Assembly: GCA_043228905.1 (NCBI GenBank)
Contig: JBHGNT010000009.1
Coordinates: forward strand, 14,074,001 to 14,138,000
DNA length: 64,000 bases
DNA from: Azolla caroliniana
Lineage: Eukaryota; Plantae; Polypodiophyta
Direction of reading: 5' to 3'
The stretch's first letter is position 1; the number at the start of each line of letters is the position of its first letter. Below the pieces are notes generated by a model. It was given only the letters and a program-made list of their open reading frames with translations, was not told the DNA's origin and searched no databases. This document shows, piece after piece, positions 13,970 to 27,300 of the stretch. The position numbers were made by a program, and so were the translations under genes.

Positions 13970-16900
13970 ATCGATGACTTCTACGACTACTGGGTTCGGG
14001 AGCTTACTCAAGAGGATGTTTTGTGTCAATGCAAACTCACAATCCATGAAACAAGAGTTCGCTCCAGAATCTAGGAGGGTAGATGCAAGAACTAGATGAC
14101 ATGTAGATGTGCTAAGGTCAACTTGTGCAAAAAAAACTCGACTAGCTTGATTTGATGAAATGGGACCACTACTAGGAACTAACTCTACATATCTAGGATG
14201 GTCCAACCAAATGGCTTCTATTTTTGCTGGACTTACTCGTTTAACACATCCTCTAATTGGCTCAAGACATCGAATCTATTCCCATGGCATTGACTATTAG
14301 GCTTACTTATGTTATTAGAAGTAATAATGGAGCTTGAATTAGGGTTGTCTTGTGCACTTACTTGGTATACCTGACGTCTAGGTTTATGTGGACAATTCAC
14401 AACTATATGTCCTGGACTAGCGATGTGCTTGACGTCGTTGCTTCTCAGCATCCGATAAGGGCCCCCGACGTTGTGTTGACTATATTTCCATTGGAGTTGG
14501 GCCATCCGTCATGATGGATCTAGAAACTTGTGGAGGCGTTGCGACCACAGAAGTGTACGTTTGTTCCGGTTGGCGGCGTAACATTTGTTGGCGCTCCGAA
14601 CGTTGCTCAAATAGGCGATTATCACATCGCACAGCTCGATTAATTGTCTCTGTAAGAGACTTCGGATCTTCATGGAAGGTAAGAAGAAGATCTTTGACAT
14701 CATTACGCAAAACTTGACAGAATTGATCCATTAGAGCCACCTCATCCCAAGGGATATCACATGCCAAGATACGGAAATCGGCTGCATAAGCCGACACGGG
14801 ACGATCTCTTCTTGGGGAGTGATGCAAACCATGCTAGTGTTGTACTGCTTAGCAAGGTTCCTACTAATCCCACACGAGCAGCTTCCATTGGGTACCGAAT
14901 GGGATGTAATTGAATAACCAAACGTACTTGATTACAAAAGCCTCGAAATATAGACCGTGTACAATCAAACTTAGCAGGGACGCTAATCTTCGGTTCTTTA
15001 GGGTAGTTTTGAACCCCCCGACGTTTGTTCTCGTAATGATAATATAGTAGCCTTGAGTTGGCAAACCCAATGTGACAACTCTTCATATTGTTGTGCTTTC
15101 TCGGGTACTCATGTGTTGTACGTCCCCGAGTAGCCTTTGATTTTCTTGCTCTAGTGCCACAAATTTATTCATGAGCATGTCGAGTTCAGAAAGGACGCGC
15201 ATATATTCCTGTTTTCTCACGGAGTCCATAACTTATGAGGGAAGAGGAAAAGAAAGAAGGAAACTTATTAAGGTTCTTGAAAGACAAAGAAATGAGGAAG
15301 GAAAGAAAATTTAGGTTCAAACTGTGAAGACTGAGAGAGAGAGAGAGAGAGAGAGAGACTGAGAGACTGAGAATTGTAAAGATAATATATTGCACTATAA
15401 GATGCATTCCAATGAGTAAACAACAAGGGAGTTGTAGAATGGCGTTGAACCAAATTGGTTCATCCATGATTATTAGATGCATATTTATAAGTCCTAATAG
15501 GGTAATCTAAAAAGTCCTAGAATAAATAGTATGCCAGAATATTTTAGAACATTCTAGACCATGTAGCACGCTAGAATATTCTAGAACATTCTAGAACATA
15601 AAGTACTCTAGAATACTTTATAATATTTTATATCGATGACTTCTATGGCTACTAGGTTCGGGAGTTTATTTAAGAGGATGTTTTCTGTCAATGCAAACTC
15701 ACGATCCATGAAACAAGAGTTGCTCCAGAATCTAGGAGGGCAGAGGCTAGGACTCGATGACATGTAGATGTGCTAAGGTCAACTTGTGCAGAAAAAACTC
15801 GATTAACTTGATTTGATGAAATGGAACCACGACTAGGAACTAACTCTACATATCTAGGATGGTCCAACCAAATGGCTCCTATTTTGGCCGGACTTACTCG
15901 TTTAACACATCCTCTAACTGGCTCAAGCCATCGAATCTATTTTCATGGCATGGAGTATTAGGCTTACTTATGTTATTAGAAGTAATAATGGAGCTTGAAG
16001 TAGGGTTTTCTTGTGCACTTACTTGGCATACTTGACATCAAGGTAACGTGGACAATCCACGGCTATATGTCCTGGACTAACAGTGTGCTCGACGTCGTTG
16101 CTTCTTAGCATCCGATAAGGGCCCCTGACTTTGTGTTGACTCTATTTCCATTGGAGTTGGGTCATCCCTCGTGATGGGTCTAGAAACTTCTGGAGGCATT
16201 GTGATCACAGAAGAGTACGCTTGTTGCGGTTGGCAGCATAACATTTGTTGGCGCTCCGAACATCACTCAAATAGGCGATTATCACATCGCACAACTCGAC
16301 TAATTGTCTCTATAAGAGACTTCGGATCTTCATGGAAGGTAAGAAGAAGTTCTTGGACATCATTACGCAAACCTTGACAGAATTGATCCATTAGAGCCGC
16401 CTCATCCCAAGGGATACCACATGCCAAGAGATGGAATCGGTTGCGTAAGCCGACGCGGGACGATCTCCTTGTCAAATCCTTCGAATCTTCTTTATTGCCA
16501 TCCTAGTGTTGTCAATGTCTCCGAAGCTCGTTTGAAACACCTTAACAAACACCTCAAAATCCTCCAACAACGGTGATTTCTTCTTGGGGAGTGGTGCAAA
16601 CCATGCTAGTGTTGTACCACTTAGCAAGGTTCCTACTAATCCCACACGAGTAGCTTCTATTGGGTACCTATTGGGATGTAACTGAATAACCAAATGTACT
16701 TGATTCAGAAAGCCTCGAAATATAGACCGAGTACCATCAAACATAGCAGGGAGGCTAATCTTCAGTTCTTTGGGGTAGTTTTGAACCCCCCCGACGCTTG
16801 TTCTCGTAATGATAATATAGTAGCCTCGAGTTGGCGAACCTGTTGTGACAACTCTTCATATTGTTGCGCTTTCTCGGTACTCACGTGTTGTAGGTCCCCG

Positions 16901-17108
16901 AGTAGCCTTTGATTTTCTTGCTCTAATGCACAAATTTATTCGTGAGCATGTCGAGTTCAGAAAGAACGCGCATATGTTCTTGTTTGCTCACGAACTCCAT
17001 AACTTATGAGGGAAGAGGAAAAGAAAGAAGAAACTTATTAAGGTTCTTGGAAGAGAAAGAAATGAGGAAGGAAAGAAAATTTTGGTTCAAACTGTCAAGA
17101 CTGAGAGA

Positions 17109-17143
<35 letters not shown>

Positions 17144-17390
17144 GTAAAGATAATATATTGCAATATAAGATGGATTACAATGAGTAAACAACAAGGGAGC
17201 TCTAGAATGGCGTTGAACCAAATTGGTTCATCCGTGATTATTAGATGCATATTTATAAGTCCTAATACGGTATTCTAGAAAGTCCTAGAATAAAGAGTAT
17301 GCCAGAATATTCTAGAACATTCTAGACCATATAGCACTCTAGAACATTCTAGAATATAGAGTACTCTACAATACTTTATAATATTCTATA
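13970..17390 (-). repeat. Tandem duplication of partial LTR-leader-gag-protease of gypsy A (units ~13970-15632 and ~15633-17390)
   Basis: Both units begin atcgatgacttct. An extra truncated LTR lies at 15323-15632. The left unit lacks about 130 bp of gag near 14810. Confidence 0.88.
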
Positions 17391-17541
17391 TAGTTTATAA
17401 ATTCTTTATACATATAAATATATCATAAACCCTATACATATAAATATATCATTACAATGGTTAAGAATTCGACACATATATAACAAGGTTGTGGGTTAGA
17501 ATCCTTGTAAACCCAAATCATATGTGAGTATCATCATGACA
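17093..17541 (-). repeat. 5' LTR of gypsy A
   Basis: TG...CA termini, TATA (minus strand) at 17250-17257, flanked by TSD CCAAT. Confidence 0.9.
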
Positions 17542-19419
17542 CCAATATATCTTTTGCTCTTCAATTGGACTACCAACAGCCAATCTTTCATGGTCGTCAT
17601 AGGGCATTTGCTCAGCACCATATATTAATGCATCTGGGAAATAAGAGCCTACATCCATCTTGTGGCTCCCATTGCGAACTAGATGAGTGTTGTTTGGCAT
17701 ACAGCATGGTCTAGTTGTGACCGACCACACTTTTTTGGATGACGAAGACGTGGTTAAAACTTACATTATTAAGCGGAGCAAGAAACCTACACCCAGTCCC
17801 ATCACCATCCACACAAAAGCGTTTGAAACCATATACTTCATCTAAATGTTGCACATCTGGCTTGGGGATATAAGCTTCAGCAATCAACCTTGATAGCATA
17901 GGAAGTGTGAAAGCATTGCACCTCACTAATTTCTTGGAGAACTTACCAAACATTTTATCTATGTGATCATGTGTATGAACAACTAGCAAGAAGTTTACCT
18001 TAATCTTTTTGAAAATACCCTTGTCTACTAACATGCTCAAATAACCAAACACAATTGAGTTCTTGTTTTCTCTTGTTGTGTTGTCAAGTTGCACATATAG
18101 TACTGGTGCGAGTAAACCTTGCCAACTCTACAAAACTCTTTGCATGACTGTCACTATAAGATTAGGGTCATTGTAGATTTTTGGATAAGTTAGGAAGACT
18201 TGAGGCCTTATTGTCTAACAATACAGAAGACATCCTACTAAGTGCATCTACACTAGGCATTCATCTCCAACATCCTTGGGCAACCTTCGAAAATGTGGCA
18301 AACAAGTTTTCTTCTAATCCATCCCATCTATAATCAAGCACATATGATATATCTTTCTAGCGATTGAAGTGCTTTTTGACGATGGTGCATAGCTTTAGAT
18401 CTTCCCAACGCATGGCTTTCTCGATGTTCTCTCAATAAATTCTTATATTTTGTTATTTCTTCATCTGTTGTCCCACTCTTTGCCATGCTTTTTAAACTCA
18501 TGCATATAGAACAAACACCCATCCAGACCTTGCAGGGTATGACCACATTGTTAAACTTCGATCTCCATAAACAATTAAAATGTCGATATTGTATGTAAGG
18601 TACACTTTCCAATAACATTTCATCCTTATACGCTTGGTATACCTCACGACGAGTGAAGTTATCTAACAAATGTAACCTTCCAGTGGTGGGCATAACATCA
18701 CGTTGCTTTGAGAAATATATCTCCATTCATCTAACATCATGTCGCCCAATTAGACCCTTACATGTAGATTCTATATTGTTGAAAGGTACCCACCACCCCT
18801 TAAGTAATAAATGTTGAATTCTTTGTGGCCTCATGTTCCCGATGCTATATGCAATTTTAAAAACAACTCGACAACTCTTGATAGTAAGTGAAAGGTAATA
18901 TTCCACCTCTTGAGAACATGACACTGCCAGATGGTCCTTAACAAGTTGCATATTGTCAATCAAGAATGCATCTTGTTTGTCGCCATTAAGAGACAAATAC
19001 TTTTTTCGCAACCCCCGCAAGTTTGCCTTTCCAAATTTTGATAGACAAAGGTTCCCACAACATACCTTGCATATATCAATTGCAATTTGGCGATCTGAAC
19101 ACAGAAAATTATATCGTTTAAAACTCACTTGTCGAGGAACTCTTCGAACATTTAGAGGCTTGTTGACACAGTTGTCGTCAACATTCGATAAACTAGACTC
19201 GTCATGATTTGTATCTACTTTAATATTTCATATTTTACCTAAGTTAAAAGGCTCTATCGAAAAAAGTGACATCCAACTTTGCTCTCGATCGTTGTTTGAC
19301 TTTATATGGCACCGTTTATTATTAACATGGTTATATTCCTCGATTGAGAATAACGAGTTATCAGATAATTTAAAAGGCTCAATAGAAAATAGAGAATTTT
19401 TACTCGAGTTTGAGGACAT
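17542..19419 (-). pseudogene. Sola-like/DUF7869-type DDE transposase, N-terminal and catalytic part
   Basis: Motifs in order: CCGNLCL, SCRVVFKIAYSIG, GVCSIC...HRESH, LIIDGMD*KKTCLPHF (~18290-18337), YVQLDNTTRENKN, FLLVVHTHDHIDKMF. Several CAG>TAG stops and frameshifts. Confidence 0.8.
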
Positions 19420-19674
19420 TTTAAGTAAGGCTAACTAAGATCAAATAAGTCCAAAATAGGCTCAAGTTTAGTTCTATAATAAGCACCATGTCCAAAAACG
19501 TTTTTAAAATAAAAAAATTTAAAATTTTTTTAAGAATAATAAATAAATAAATAAGGGAAAGTCATCTTCTCATTGTCATTATCGCGTTCAAGCAACAGAA
19601 GAGCACAAGAGCACAGAGCAACCAAGACTTCCAATTTTCGCCTCCCCGGTCAAGTCGACACCAACATCAGCAAC
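19420..19674. promoter_or_regulatory. Putative bidirectional promoter between the transposase and the methyltransferase gene
   Basis: 255-bp spacer with an AT-rich core between two divergent ATGs (19419 minus, 19675 plus). Function is inferred from position only. Confidence 0.45.
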
Positions 19675-19786
19675 ATGAACAAGGGAAAGAAGATTGCTAG
19701 GCATGTTTTCTGAACTATATTTTTAGATTCTTCAAAGATTCCTTTTTGTGTTTGTTAATTTCTACGTCCAGAATTTGATGCTTCCT

Positions 19787-19918
19787 ATCGAGTTCTCATG
19801 AAATAATGAGAACTCGATGCACTGCATCGAGTTCCTATTGAAACAGTGTTGCTTTCAATGGGACCTCGATTCCTTTCAACGGGAACTCGAAGCAGTGCAT
19901 TGAGTTCTCGTTGAAAGG
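19787..19918. repeat. Cluster of overlapping inverted repeats built on GAACTCGA/TCGAGTTC in intron 1
   Basis: atcgagttctcat-N6-atgagaactcgat; gaactcgatgca-c-tgcatcgagttc; two further imperfect stems of up to about 22 bp. Confidence 0.85.
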
Positions 19919-22900
19919 GTCACATTTCATGATAAATATATTAGTATTGGTCAATTTCTTGCTATATTTTTTGCTTTTTTCTCAATGTTTTTTACGTAAC
20001 ATTACATTTAAAAACGGGTGATTTTTGCCTACTTTTGCGGAACTTTACCTCAAGTTTACGTTCTTTATATTTAAGATTATTGATATATCATTGTGTTATT
20101 ACCTGTTGTTTTCAGTGAATCACAATAGTAGGTCCCATCCTTCAAATTGAAGATTCCCTACCCAACAAAAAAACCTTCTGACCCCATGCCCAAGCCTAAC
20201 TCACAAAAAACGTTTATTGAGTTGGGAGGTGATGGGACTTCGAAGTCTTCTGTCGGATACACGACGAAAACTTTAGACGAAAAGAGTAGTGGGGAGCCTC
20301 CCCTAAAGAGTTACCCTCATGTCGAGTGGACATTAATCTATACCGAGGAAGAAGGAGATTTGCTACTTATTTTTGCAAAATGTGAAGGTGAGGGCAAGTT
20401 GCAGGTGGGGAAGAACATTGAATACGAAGACAACGACTCATCGAACCTCTTCTTCGATGTTGATAGCTCGGTGGGGATGCGCAGAGTCAGGATAGATGAA
20501 CAAAATTTCGAAACTGACTCCTGCCACCCGAAACCTTTGAAAAAAAATATTCAAACCAAAAATAATTTGATTGTTGCTTTGCGCCTTATATTAAGGGAGA
20601 GTTGATGGTCGCGCAAGCAACCACACCACCGAAGTCTACCAAGAAATCAGAACTGGAACATAAGAAGAGGTACTCGAGTTCGTGGAAGATGATACTGAGC
20701 TTGAAATTATTCCTCTAGGGAGCACATTGCATCAGGAATACTCGCCTCAAAGCAAAATCAGATCATAGAAAACACTGTAAAGACAAAGCTTGTCCGTAAA
20801 GGACAACTATTTCACTTGTTGATCTCCTCTATTCAGAGGCCACCCATTAATCCTAAAATAGGAAGACGGGCTCTAGAAATAAGTGAGCCACATTCACTAC
20901 ATGTACAAAACTTAAAAAGAAAAATGAAGATAAATTCACATGCCACTATACTGCCATTCTTAGTAATGGTAGACCCTGATCAGTCCCAACTGTTGCTAAC
21001 TTTAAGTAAAGTTCGGCTGATGACTACACATACTAAATGATTGGAGGATCTCACTCTACTGAAGCTCGACATCAACTTGTAAAGGAGTATCCTCTTACCC
21101 CATTCTTCAAATATGTAGAATGTAAAGTGTACGCTAGTCTTACACATGAAGAAGCCAAGTTGCTAGCTTGGGATCATAACAATGATAATGACTACAGATA
21201 GAAGATGTCATGTATTGAGCGCATTAGGTTCTTCCATCATGAGTACCTTGATGCGTTGCAAAACTTTGGTCCTAGGCTGCATCCTGGATTGCGACGACAA
21301 TGTCTACTTGAAGTGGGGATAGTAGTTGACAAAAGCACTAAGTCTGAAGGCCTGAGGAAATATGACTAGTGGTTTCAACTTGCGTTCAATACAGGGGAGG
21401 TGTGGGACCTCCAAGATCGAATTTTTAGTATGAGCAAAAAGAAATAAAGGGTCAAAGATCAAAGAAGGCTAAGCTCAACCCACAAGTGGAGATGAAGTCT
21501 AAGTCACGTAAAAGTGACTTAGTAATTGAAGAATTAGCCGAGGATATGAAGTTGCTTCCTTGGCGGTCATTGCAAGGAATCAAAGATGATAGGTTATTAA
21601 TATCTATATTATCAAGAGTGGTCGCCAAGGAGTTCAACCTTGATGAAATGGTCACAAAGTTTCAAAAGTGAGTAATCTATGTGATGATTTATTTTCATTG
21701 TATTGATTTGTTGATTTGCTCTTTATTCTAACCTTACTTTCTTTTCATTTTTAGCCATAAGGTTTATATGAGGATACAAGAGCTGATGATAAAAAAAATT
21801 GCCCCTGCCTACATGGGAAGAGGTGGAGCAATCATGCCCCAAAACATCATCATACAAGGCTCTTGAAGAATTCTTCATTGTGATTAGAGAATGGGTATGT
21901 ATGGTTTACAAATATTAATTGATTTTAGGATAATAGGTATCTTCTTACAAAACATATAATTACAGAAACCACCTCGCTCAAAGAAAATGGGTGATAGCAA
22001 TTTGGAACGAGAAAAATATGAGAAACGAATGACAAAAGGAAAGGAGCTCGAGGTGCATGAGGACTTAGATACTGTGAAAAGTTTTTTGCACAAGGTTGAT
22101 CCTTTCCAACAACTGTACTATAGTGTTTATAATGGTGATGTGGGTAATATGCTTGACATATTACCCAAGAGACATTATACATTTCTCGTTGTGGATATAC
22201 TATATGGATTCTGGATATCAAACGCTACATACGACGATGTACCATACAAATATCCGCAGATAGAGAAGATGGTAAAAGACTTTGCAGAGTTGACCCTGGC
22301 TCCATTATGGCATTTCGTTATATTTCATAGTATGGGTCAAGCTTTATCGGTCACTACTACATTGAAGTCGAGATGCCATGCTACCGAACACATGCATTGG
22401 TAAGCTTTATTTTACTATATATTTAATATATGGATTCTATGGTGCTTACTACATATATATTAACTTGTTTCAATTAAATTACAAAATAGGTTTAAAATGA
22501 ACATAACTTGTACCCCGGGTGATCGAATGGTGAGTATTGTGGAGCATTTGTGTGTGGGATATTACGACGTTATTTCTAAGAAGAAGGCTCGGGCACATGT
22601 GAATGAGCAAAATGTTGTCAACTATATCCTGTCCCTAGCTATAACAAAGAAATTGTGCCATGTGTCTGGCGACAAGAGTCTTGTAAACCCATATCAAAAG
22701 CCCCATCGATTGATTCATAGATTGGTTGAGTTGTTCTCGAACCCTGATGATTGGGTGCTCGACTTATTTTCTAGTACAGGTAATCTCATAAGTCTAATCA
22801 AAAAATAAAATAGAATTTCCTGTCTTTGTTTTCTTACTTTTGCATGTGTGATTGTTTGTTTAGGAATGTGGAAAGTAACATGCGGAAGCAAGTATGAAGA

Positions 22901-23447
22901 CCGAACAGAAGGAAGGAAACTCAGGTTTAATGGAGAGCTTGAGCTTACACGGTATATGCGGGAGAGACAGAGAGAGAATGAGAGAGAAGGCACAAAAAAA
23001 CTATGTTCAACAATAATACTCAGTCTGTACATAAGACGTGCTCAGTGAACACTTTTATACAAGCCCTAGAAGGACTGACCGAAGTACTGACAGTACTTCA
23101 ATGCTCATCAAGAGCTCCTACACTAACTCCCAAATATATTCCTCACGGAATATCTTTCCTAACGACCTCCCGGTTTACACACTCGACCTAACCGATCGGT
23201 CCCAACCGATCCGGTCCTCGGCTTCTTCAGCCGAACCGGCCGATGTTGAGCTTGTCTCTCAACACTCCCCCTCAAGCTCAACTTGAGGCTCTTCGGGATC
23301 CTCGGGCACACAGCTCCGATTCCTCCTGGCTTCACGCCTCGCTCGCGCTCCTCGACCTGTTCGACTCCGCGCGCTTCGACCCTTCCGGTCGGCTTGTCTG
23401 CTCATGCGGCCCTTAGCTCTTCTTCTGTTGCGGTGTTGACACCTCTC

Positions 23448-24380
23448 CTACTGCCTTTTCTTCCGCTTGGGCCTCTGTTGATTCAGCGTGTCTGAATCAA
23501 ACATCCGAACCGACTCGGCTACTTCCGATCGGTTTTCGCCCTCGTCCGAGTTGGCTGTCTCCAACTCGTCTTCGGTCTTCTCGTCCTCGATTGCGTCATC
23601 TCCCCCATGCGTGGTTGGCATCGGCTCTCTCCTTCGGCTGCTCCCCTTCTGTCCGCTTTCAGACTTTTCCGTGGGTCCGTCCTCGGCTTCTTCAGCCGAT
23701 CCGAACTCGAACTCGACAACCGAGTCTACCGACTCAAACTTGGTGTCACGGTCTCCACTCCTTTCCTGCTGCCTTGCTTGGTCATTCGGGACTAATGTTC
23801 TCCCCCTCAAGTTCGGCACATCGAGGTGACGCAACTTGAGCGCACCTAAGAATTGCCGCAACTTGTCCAGACCAAGCGGCTTTGTGAAGATGTCGGCAGT
23901 CTGCCGATCCATCGGCACGTACTGAAGTTCGACTTCACCGGAAAGGACACGCTCACGGACGAAATGGTAGTGCACCTCAATGTGCTTAGTCCGTGCATGG
24001 AAAACGGGGTTCTTCGCGAGCTGGATGCTGCTGAGGTTGTCGCAGTAGATCGTCGTCGGATCTGACACCTCCACCTGCAGGTCCTTAAGTAGCCGCTTCA
24101 ACCATATGGCTTCGCATGTTGCGACAGCCGCTCCTCGGTATTCAGCTTCGGTGCTCAACAGTGCAACTGCCGGCTGCTTCTTACTGCTCCACGCGATCGC
24201 GGCACTCCCGAGGGAGAACGCGTATCCGGACGTGGATCGGCGATCAGCGGCGTTGCCAGCCCAATCAGCATCAGTGTAGCCGACTAACTGCGCGGCTGCA
24301 CCGGTCCGATATAGTAGTCCCCGGTCCTTAGTGCCGTTGACATACCGAAGTATGCGTTGCGCACACTGAAGGTGCTCCTC
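23448..24380 (-). pseudogene. Copia RNase H with acidic/basic C-terminal extension
   Basis: [36 protein letters not shown], then about 120 charged residues. Confidence 0.9.
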
Positions 24381-24386
24381 GGTAGG

Positions 24387-27300
24387 TCACGCCATGAACT
24401 GACTAATCACCCCGACCGGATAACTGAGGTCGAGTCGGGTGATGGTCAAGTATATGAGGCTTCCGACAATTTGTCGGAACCTCGTCGGGTCGCATACCTT
24501 TCCCGTATCGGGCCGAAGCTTGATGGTTCTGTCCAGAGGATTCGAGACGGACTTACAGTCGGCCATCCCGAGTTTGAAGAGCATACCCAGCACGTAATGA
24601 CGTTGGCTAATCAATATGCCTTCGAGGGTATGGATCACTTCGATCCCGAGGAAGTAATGAAGGTCCCCCAGATCCTTCATGTCGAACGATGCCGCAAGCT
24701 GGAGCTTCACGCGGTCGATTTCACCTAGGTCGGCGCCGGTGATGACCAAGTCATTAACATATAGTAAAATACTAACTGGTCCGAGTCGACCTTTCCGGAT
24801 GAACAGGGAAGAGTCCGATTTTGACGTGACGAAGCCCATCCAACGTAGTTGTTGCATGATCTTCGCGTTCCAGACACGCGGGGCTTGCTTCAGTCCGTAA
24901 AGGGACTTCTTTAGTCGGCATACTGCCGAGGAATTCGTTCCAGAGTGAAATCTGGGGGGCTGCACCATGTACACCTGTTCCTCAAGGTCACCTTGCAGGA
25001 ACGCATTCTTTACATCCATCTGATGTAAGTGCCACCCCTTGGCCGCGGCTACTGCGAGCAAAACACGGACGGTCGTCATTTTCGCGACCGGCGCAAACGT
25101 CTCATCGTAGTCGATGTCGTGTTTCTGCACGTAGCCCTTTGCCACTAGCCGAGCCTTGTACCGGTTGACCGAGCCATCGGTGTTGTACTTGACTTTGTAC
25201 ACCCATCTACACCCGATCGGCTTCACACCCTTCGGTGCGTCAACCAGGTCCCAGGTCTCGTTCTCCACCAATGCGTACATCTCTTCCTCCACCGCGGCAC
25301 GCCAATTCGCGTCTTTAGCCGCTTCTGCATAGCTCTCCGGCTCACGCATTTCCGCTACACGGGTCATGTGCGCATAATGATGCGCAATGTACTCGTTGTA
25401 TCCGAACCGCAAAACAGGATTCTTTTGGCGGGTAGATTGGCATAATCTCACATTAGCCGATGTCGAGGCTTTCTCGGTCGACACGGACTTCACCTTTAAA
25501 GTCCCGTCACCGGTTCCCTCGGAGTCGGACTCACGTCGGTCTGACTCGTTCTTATCCGTGTCGGAATCCGACACCTTCTTCTTCCCTTTCTCTTTGCGCG
25601 TAAGCCGTCTCCTCGGCTTCCTGCGCGGGGAATGCACGGCCGAGTCTCCACTACTCGCCGGCTCTTTATCAGACTGATCGTATCGACTCAGTCGTCCAAT
25701 CGGTCCACTTAAGCGGAGTGAAATCGGACTCTCTTTGCGGGTCTCGATTTCGGGCTCATCCGGAGGCATCTCGGCCTCGCTAACCTCATCGTCAGAACAC
25801 GGATTGGACTCGGGGTTCGGAGTCGGGGGCTTGTACCAGGACGCGGACTCGTCAACCACAACGTCGCGGCTAACACGCGCTTGTTTGGTGCGAGGGTTAT
25901 AGCACTTATAACCCTTCTGCTCGTCCGAGTAACCGACCAAGATGCATTTCTCGGCCTTTGCGTCCAGCTTCCTCCTTTTCTCCTTCGGTACATGCACATA
26001 CGCAATGCTACCGAACACCCTCAAGTGTCGTAAGTTCGGCTTCGTTCCGAAATATAGCTCGTGCGTTGACACTTTGTCTCCGATCCGGTTCTGGATGTAT
26101 ACCGTGGTCCTTACCGCTTCGGCCCAGTAGAACTTGGGCAAGCTCTTCTCCTCCAGCATTGCCCGTGCCGCTTCCACAACTGACCGATTCTTCCTCTCGA
26201 CCACACCGTTCTGTTCCGGCGTGTATCTACAACTGAATTCGCGGCGAATTCCCATTTGTTGTAGATAACCGTTGAATTGACCGGAAAAGTACTCTTTTCC
26301 GCCATCCGACCGCAGACACTTGATCTTTCGTCCCGTTTCCGTTTCCACAAACCCTTTGAGGTCCCGGAAACAGTCGAAGACTTCGCTCTTCCTCTCAATG
26401 AGGTAGATCCACGTGTGCCGCGTGTGGTCGTCGATGAAGGAGACGAAATATCGGCTCCCGCCAAGACTAACGTTTTGTGTCGGCCCCCATACATCCGAGT
26501 GTATAAGGTCTAGCTTGTTCCGGCTCCGATGTCGCTCGTTGGGGAAAGGAAGTCGGTGTTGCTTCCCGAGCTGGCAGGCTTCACAAATTTGTGCCTTTCG
26601 GCCACTAAATTTGGGCAATCCGAACACTACCTGTTTTGATTGCAGATCTTGAAGCCGTTGGTAGTTGACATGGCCTATCCGCTTATGCCACAAGTCGATG
26701 TCCGACTCGGTTTTTATTCCCTTCGCGAACATTGCGGTGCCGCCATCAGTGGAGTCGAGGATGAACATCCTCCCGTCTCTGCGCCCTTGCGCAATCACAC
26801 GGCCTTCTTCCTCAATGAAGCACCCGAGGTGTGTAAACCGAACCTCCATCCCTTGGTCGACGATCTGTCCGACCGAGACCAAGTTTTTCATGATTGTCGG
26901 AACGTGCAGCACGTTCATGAGTTTCCCTTTCTGCCCGACATGGCTAAGGGGAACTTCTCCGACATTCGCGATCGGATGCGGAGTGTCGTCTCCTGTTGCG
27001 ACTACTCCAGGTTGTATCGGTTTTTCAAGGTACGAGAACCACTCCTTATGGCTCGTCATGTGGTTTGACACGCCGGAGTCTACGTACCACACCTCGTCCG
27101 ATCTCGGGGTGCTTTGTTTCATTGAGTTTGCTTCGTGTCTCGTCACGAAGGCAGACCCTTCGCCGACTCTCCCGGAGTCTTCGGCGTAGTGCGATTGCTG
27201 CTGATTTCCCTTGTCGGTATGTCTGGAGCCGTTTCTCTCCGAATCGGCGCGCTTCTTCCGGCACACACTTTCCCTGTGGCCTTTCTTGCCATAGTACCAG

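Larger units (their letters stand above)
6144..17541 (-). mobile_element. Ty3/gypsy chromovirus (Tcn1/Tf1-like), family A; degenerate, with a nested copia and an internal tandem duplication
   Basis: TSD CCAAT at 6139-6143 and 17542-17546. LTRs 6144-6657 and 17093-17541. PPT about 6658-6672. Contains gag (16472-16744), protease LLDSGA, RT (YMDDILIYS), RNase H, integrase fragments and a chromodomain (~6720-6890). Confidence 0.93.
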
